From Candidatus Poseidoniaceae archaeon (GTDB lineage Archaea; Thermoplasmatota; Poseidoniia; Poseidoniales; Poseidoniaceae), in NCBI GenBank assembly GCA_943788655.1, contig CALSRB010000007.1, forward strand, positions 149,774 through 213,773: DNA of 64,000 nucleotides, written 5' to 3'. A program made the position numbers and the translations under genes. The notes below the pieces were generated by a model. The model was given only the letters and a program-made list of their open reading frames with translations, was not told the DNA's origin and made no database searches. Every line of letters starts with the position of its first letter. The stretch's first letter is position 1. Shown piece after piece: positions 62,352 to 64,000 of the stretch.

Positions 62352-63980
62352 TTAACGTGGAATCACGACTGTATAATCGGCAATGCCAACGATGCTTAGC
62401 GTCCCATTCCCATCTCTCTCCAGCACAACTGTTAACAGATATTCAGAAAGCAAGGGTGTTGTGTTTGGACCCATAACCCATGTATGAATTTCATACGTAG
62501 TAGAGGGAACAAATATTCCACCATACCCCCATCCTGTATCATTGTAAATCCGATCTTGTAAGAGAACGGATTCTGCTATTGGCGAAACAACTCCCCATTC
62601 CAAATTTCCATAAACGGGAACAAAACTCCAGTTAAATGTTGAATTTGTGTAAGGTGAGTATCGCAGTTGCCAATGATTTTGAGCCAAATCAAGACGAGAG
62701 GCATTATCAAGATCAATGGCTCCAACTTTGTTGGTGAAATTTTCAAAGAATTCTTCGGTAAGGTTTTGCTTTTCGTAAACTTCATCACTGTTTATTGAAT
62801 GAACTTGGTCAGCTAACATAGCATGCCACATTGAATAGTTTTGATTAATAATCGCTTGAGTAAAATTGCTATAATACATATGTGATGATTCGGTCTGGAT
62901 TTCGTTGGCCCATGTTACGCAGATGTCAGGATTGTCTTCGCAAAAACTTGGACTCACCCCTAAATATGAGTTAGAACAGCCGTGATAGAACATGAGTTGT
63001 GATTCTCCTAACCTGGCATTATGACGGTTAAAGGTACATTCTTCTGCAATGACCTCCCATGTATCGGCTGTTGTCAAGTTTCGATCCAAGGAGGCTGGAT
63101 CAGTTAAATTTTCATCTGCATAAAGCTCAACACCAGCAATGTTACAGTCCCTCAACAAGTCGTCGACATGAATCCCCACACTCCTGATGCTTGCCTCTTG
63201 TGTGAGGGGGTACCTGTCTTGTTCTTGTGCATTTATGAAATATGATTTTACATAATTACTCTCAATTCCATTATAGTGTACTCGGAATTCGTTACCTCCT
63301 CCAAAGTGGCCCCAACTTCCTGCAACTGAAAGATTAACTCCAACAATACTTGAATTAAATGAATTGAAGAATGATAAGGAATCACAGTCTTCTGGAGATA
63401 CTGAATTACTCGGAAACTCAACAGAACCTCTTATGGTTGAGGTTCGATCAAGATTTTCTGTTAGCACATAATTACAATCAGGGATATGATGTTCATAGTT
63501 TCCGTTTTCTAAACGAAGTATTGTATTTTTACACACTCTAGAATCACCTCTTCCATCATGTATAAGCACTATTTCGGGGTTTTCAATAAGGCAAATTACA
63601 TCTCCAATATTGTAGTCTATTCCCTCACCTGTACCATCGGCCGAATAAATCCATCCCACTCCAATTTTTGTGTGCGTATCATAAACTGGAGATTTATATG
63701 GGGTCAAGTTGAATATTTGCTCATTCAAAAGGACTTGGGTGGCTTCTTCGAAATATGATAAATCTGAATTCTGAATGTAGATTCCATCTCGTATCGTATT
63801 TGTTTCAATCCATGTTTCAAACTCATGCTCTGGATAACTGGTTGTAACTTCATGTGTGGTAAAATCGAGTTCATTACAAGCAAGAGGTATTTCTACTTCT
63901 GTTTCATTGTCGGCCCCAATACATCCCGTTAAAGGAAATAATACCAATAAGAGTGTTAAAGCATAGGCATTTTTCTGCAT
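62352..63980 (-). CDS. lipoprotein of unknown function in an AT-richer segment
   Basis: MQKNAYALTLLLVLFPLTGCIG (lipobox LTGC). 542 aa, rich in Asn/Tyr/Ile, with no family recognised. Confidence 0.6.
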   Translation of the reverse strand: MQKNAYALTLLLVLFPLTGCIGADNETEVEIPLACNELDFTTHEVTTSYPEHEFETWIETNTIRDGIYIQNSDLSYFEEATQVLLNEQIFNLTPYKSPVYDTHTKIGVGWIYSADGTGEGIDYNIGDVICLIENPEIVLIHDGRGDSRVCKNTILRLENGNYEHHIPDCNYVLTENLDRTSTIRGSVEFPSNSVSPEDCDSLSFFNSFNSSIVGVNLSVAGSWGHFGGGNEFRVHYNGIESNYVKSYFINAQEQDRYPLTQEASIRSVGIHVDDLLRDCNIAGVELYADENLTDPASLDRNLTTADTWEVIAEECTFNRHNARLGESQLMFYHGCSNSYLGVSPSFCEDNPDICVTWANEIQTESSHMYYSNFTQAIINQNYSMWHAMLADQVHSINSDEVYEKQNLTEEFFENFTNKVGAIDLDNASRLDLAQNHWQLRYSPYTNSTFNWSFVPVYGNLEWGVVSPIAESVLLQDRIYNDTGWGYGGIFVPSTTYEIHTWVMGPNTTPLLSEYLLTVVLERDGNGTLSIVGIADYTVVIPR

Positions 63981-64000
63981 ATCTACCCCTGTAAGCGATA

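Overview
This window reads as a gene-dense stretch of an archaeal chromosome. The archaeal markers are MCM helicase, GatE, two Pth2-type peptidyl-tRNA hydrolases, Trm1, two PAC2-type proteasome chaperone paralogs, the eL18-uL13-uS9-Rpo10(RpoN) operon, a TFIIB-type zinc-ribbon protein and three intron-less tRNAs. As an inference only, the source may be a planktonic euryarchaeote of the Marine Group II/III kind. The reason is the mix of archaeal core genes, bacterial-type genes (NAD-dependent LigA, DnaQ-like exonuclease) and very large surface proteins. By my coordinates about 29.7 kb (about 46%) of the window encodes ten secreted or membrane-anchored proteins. These include 1423-, 1564- and 2699-residue giants with FG-GAP, beta-helix and thrombospondin-type-3 (TSP3) calcium-binding repeats. 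I saw no rRNA, CRISPR array, transposase or integrase. The ORF track translates GTG/TTG starts as M. I trimmed several 5' ends to the first ATG that gives a signal peptide or a family-typical N-terminus, or that removes an overlap. All family assignments come from motif recognition by eye, with no searches run. The main leads are: (1) a 903-aa two-TM protein carrying the conserved blocks of the eukaryotic CD36/LIMP-2/SR-B family plus an insertion of about 400 aa; (2) a three-gene operon of two reeler-like Cys/His-motif surface proteins and a His-bearing polytopic membrane protein, possibly an extracellular redox module; (3) a beta-propeller plus transcobalamin-like surface protein next to an ECF-S-component-like membrane protein, possibly for corrinoid capture; (4) a bacterial-type LigA ending in a PIP-box-like tail; (5) ORB-core-like CCAGTGGA repeats upstream of mcm; (6) a frameshifted thioredoxin-like surface gene; (7) a perfect (GQ)n-coding micro/minisatellite; (8) a DUF4129-like cytoplasmic tail on the 2699-aa giant; (9) a visibly AT-richer segment at the right edge.
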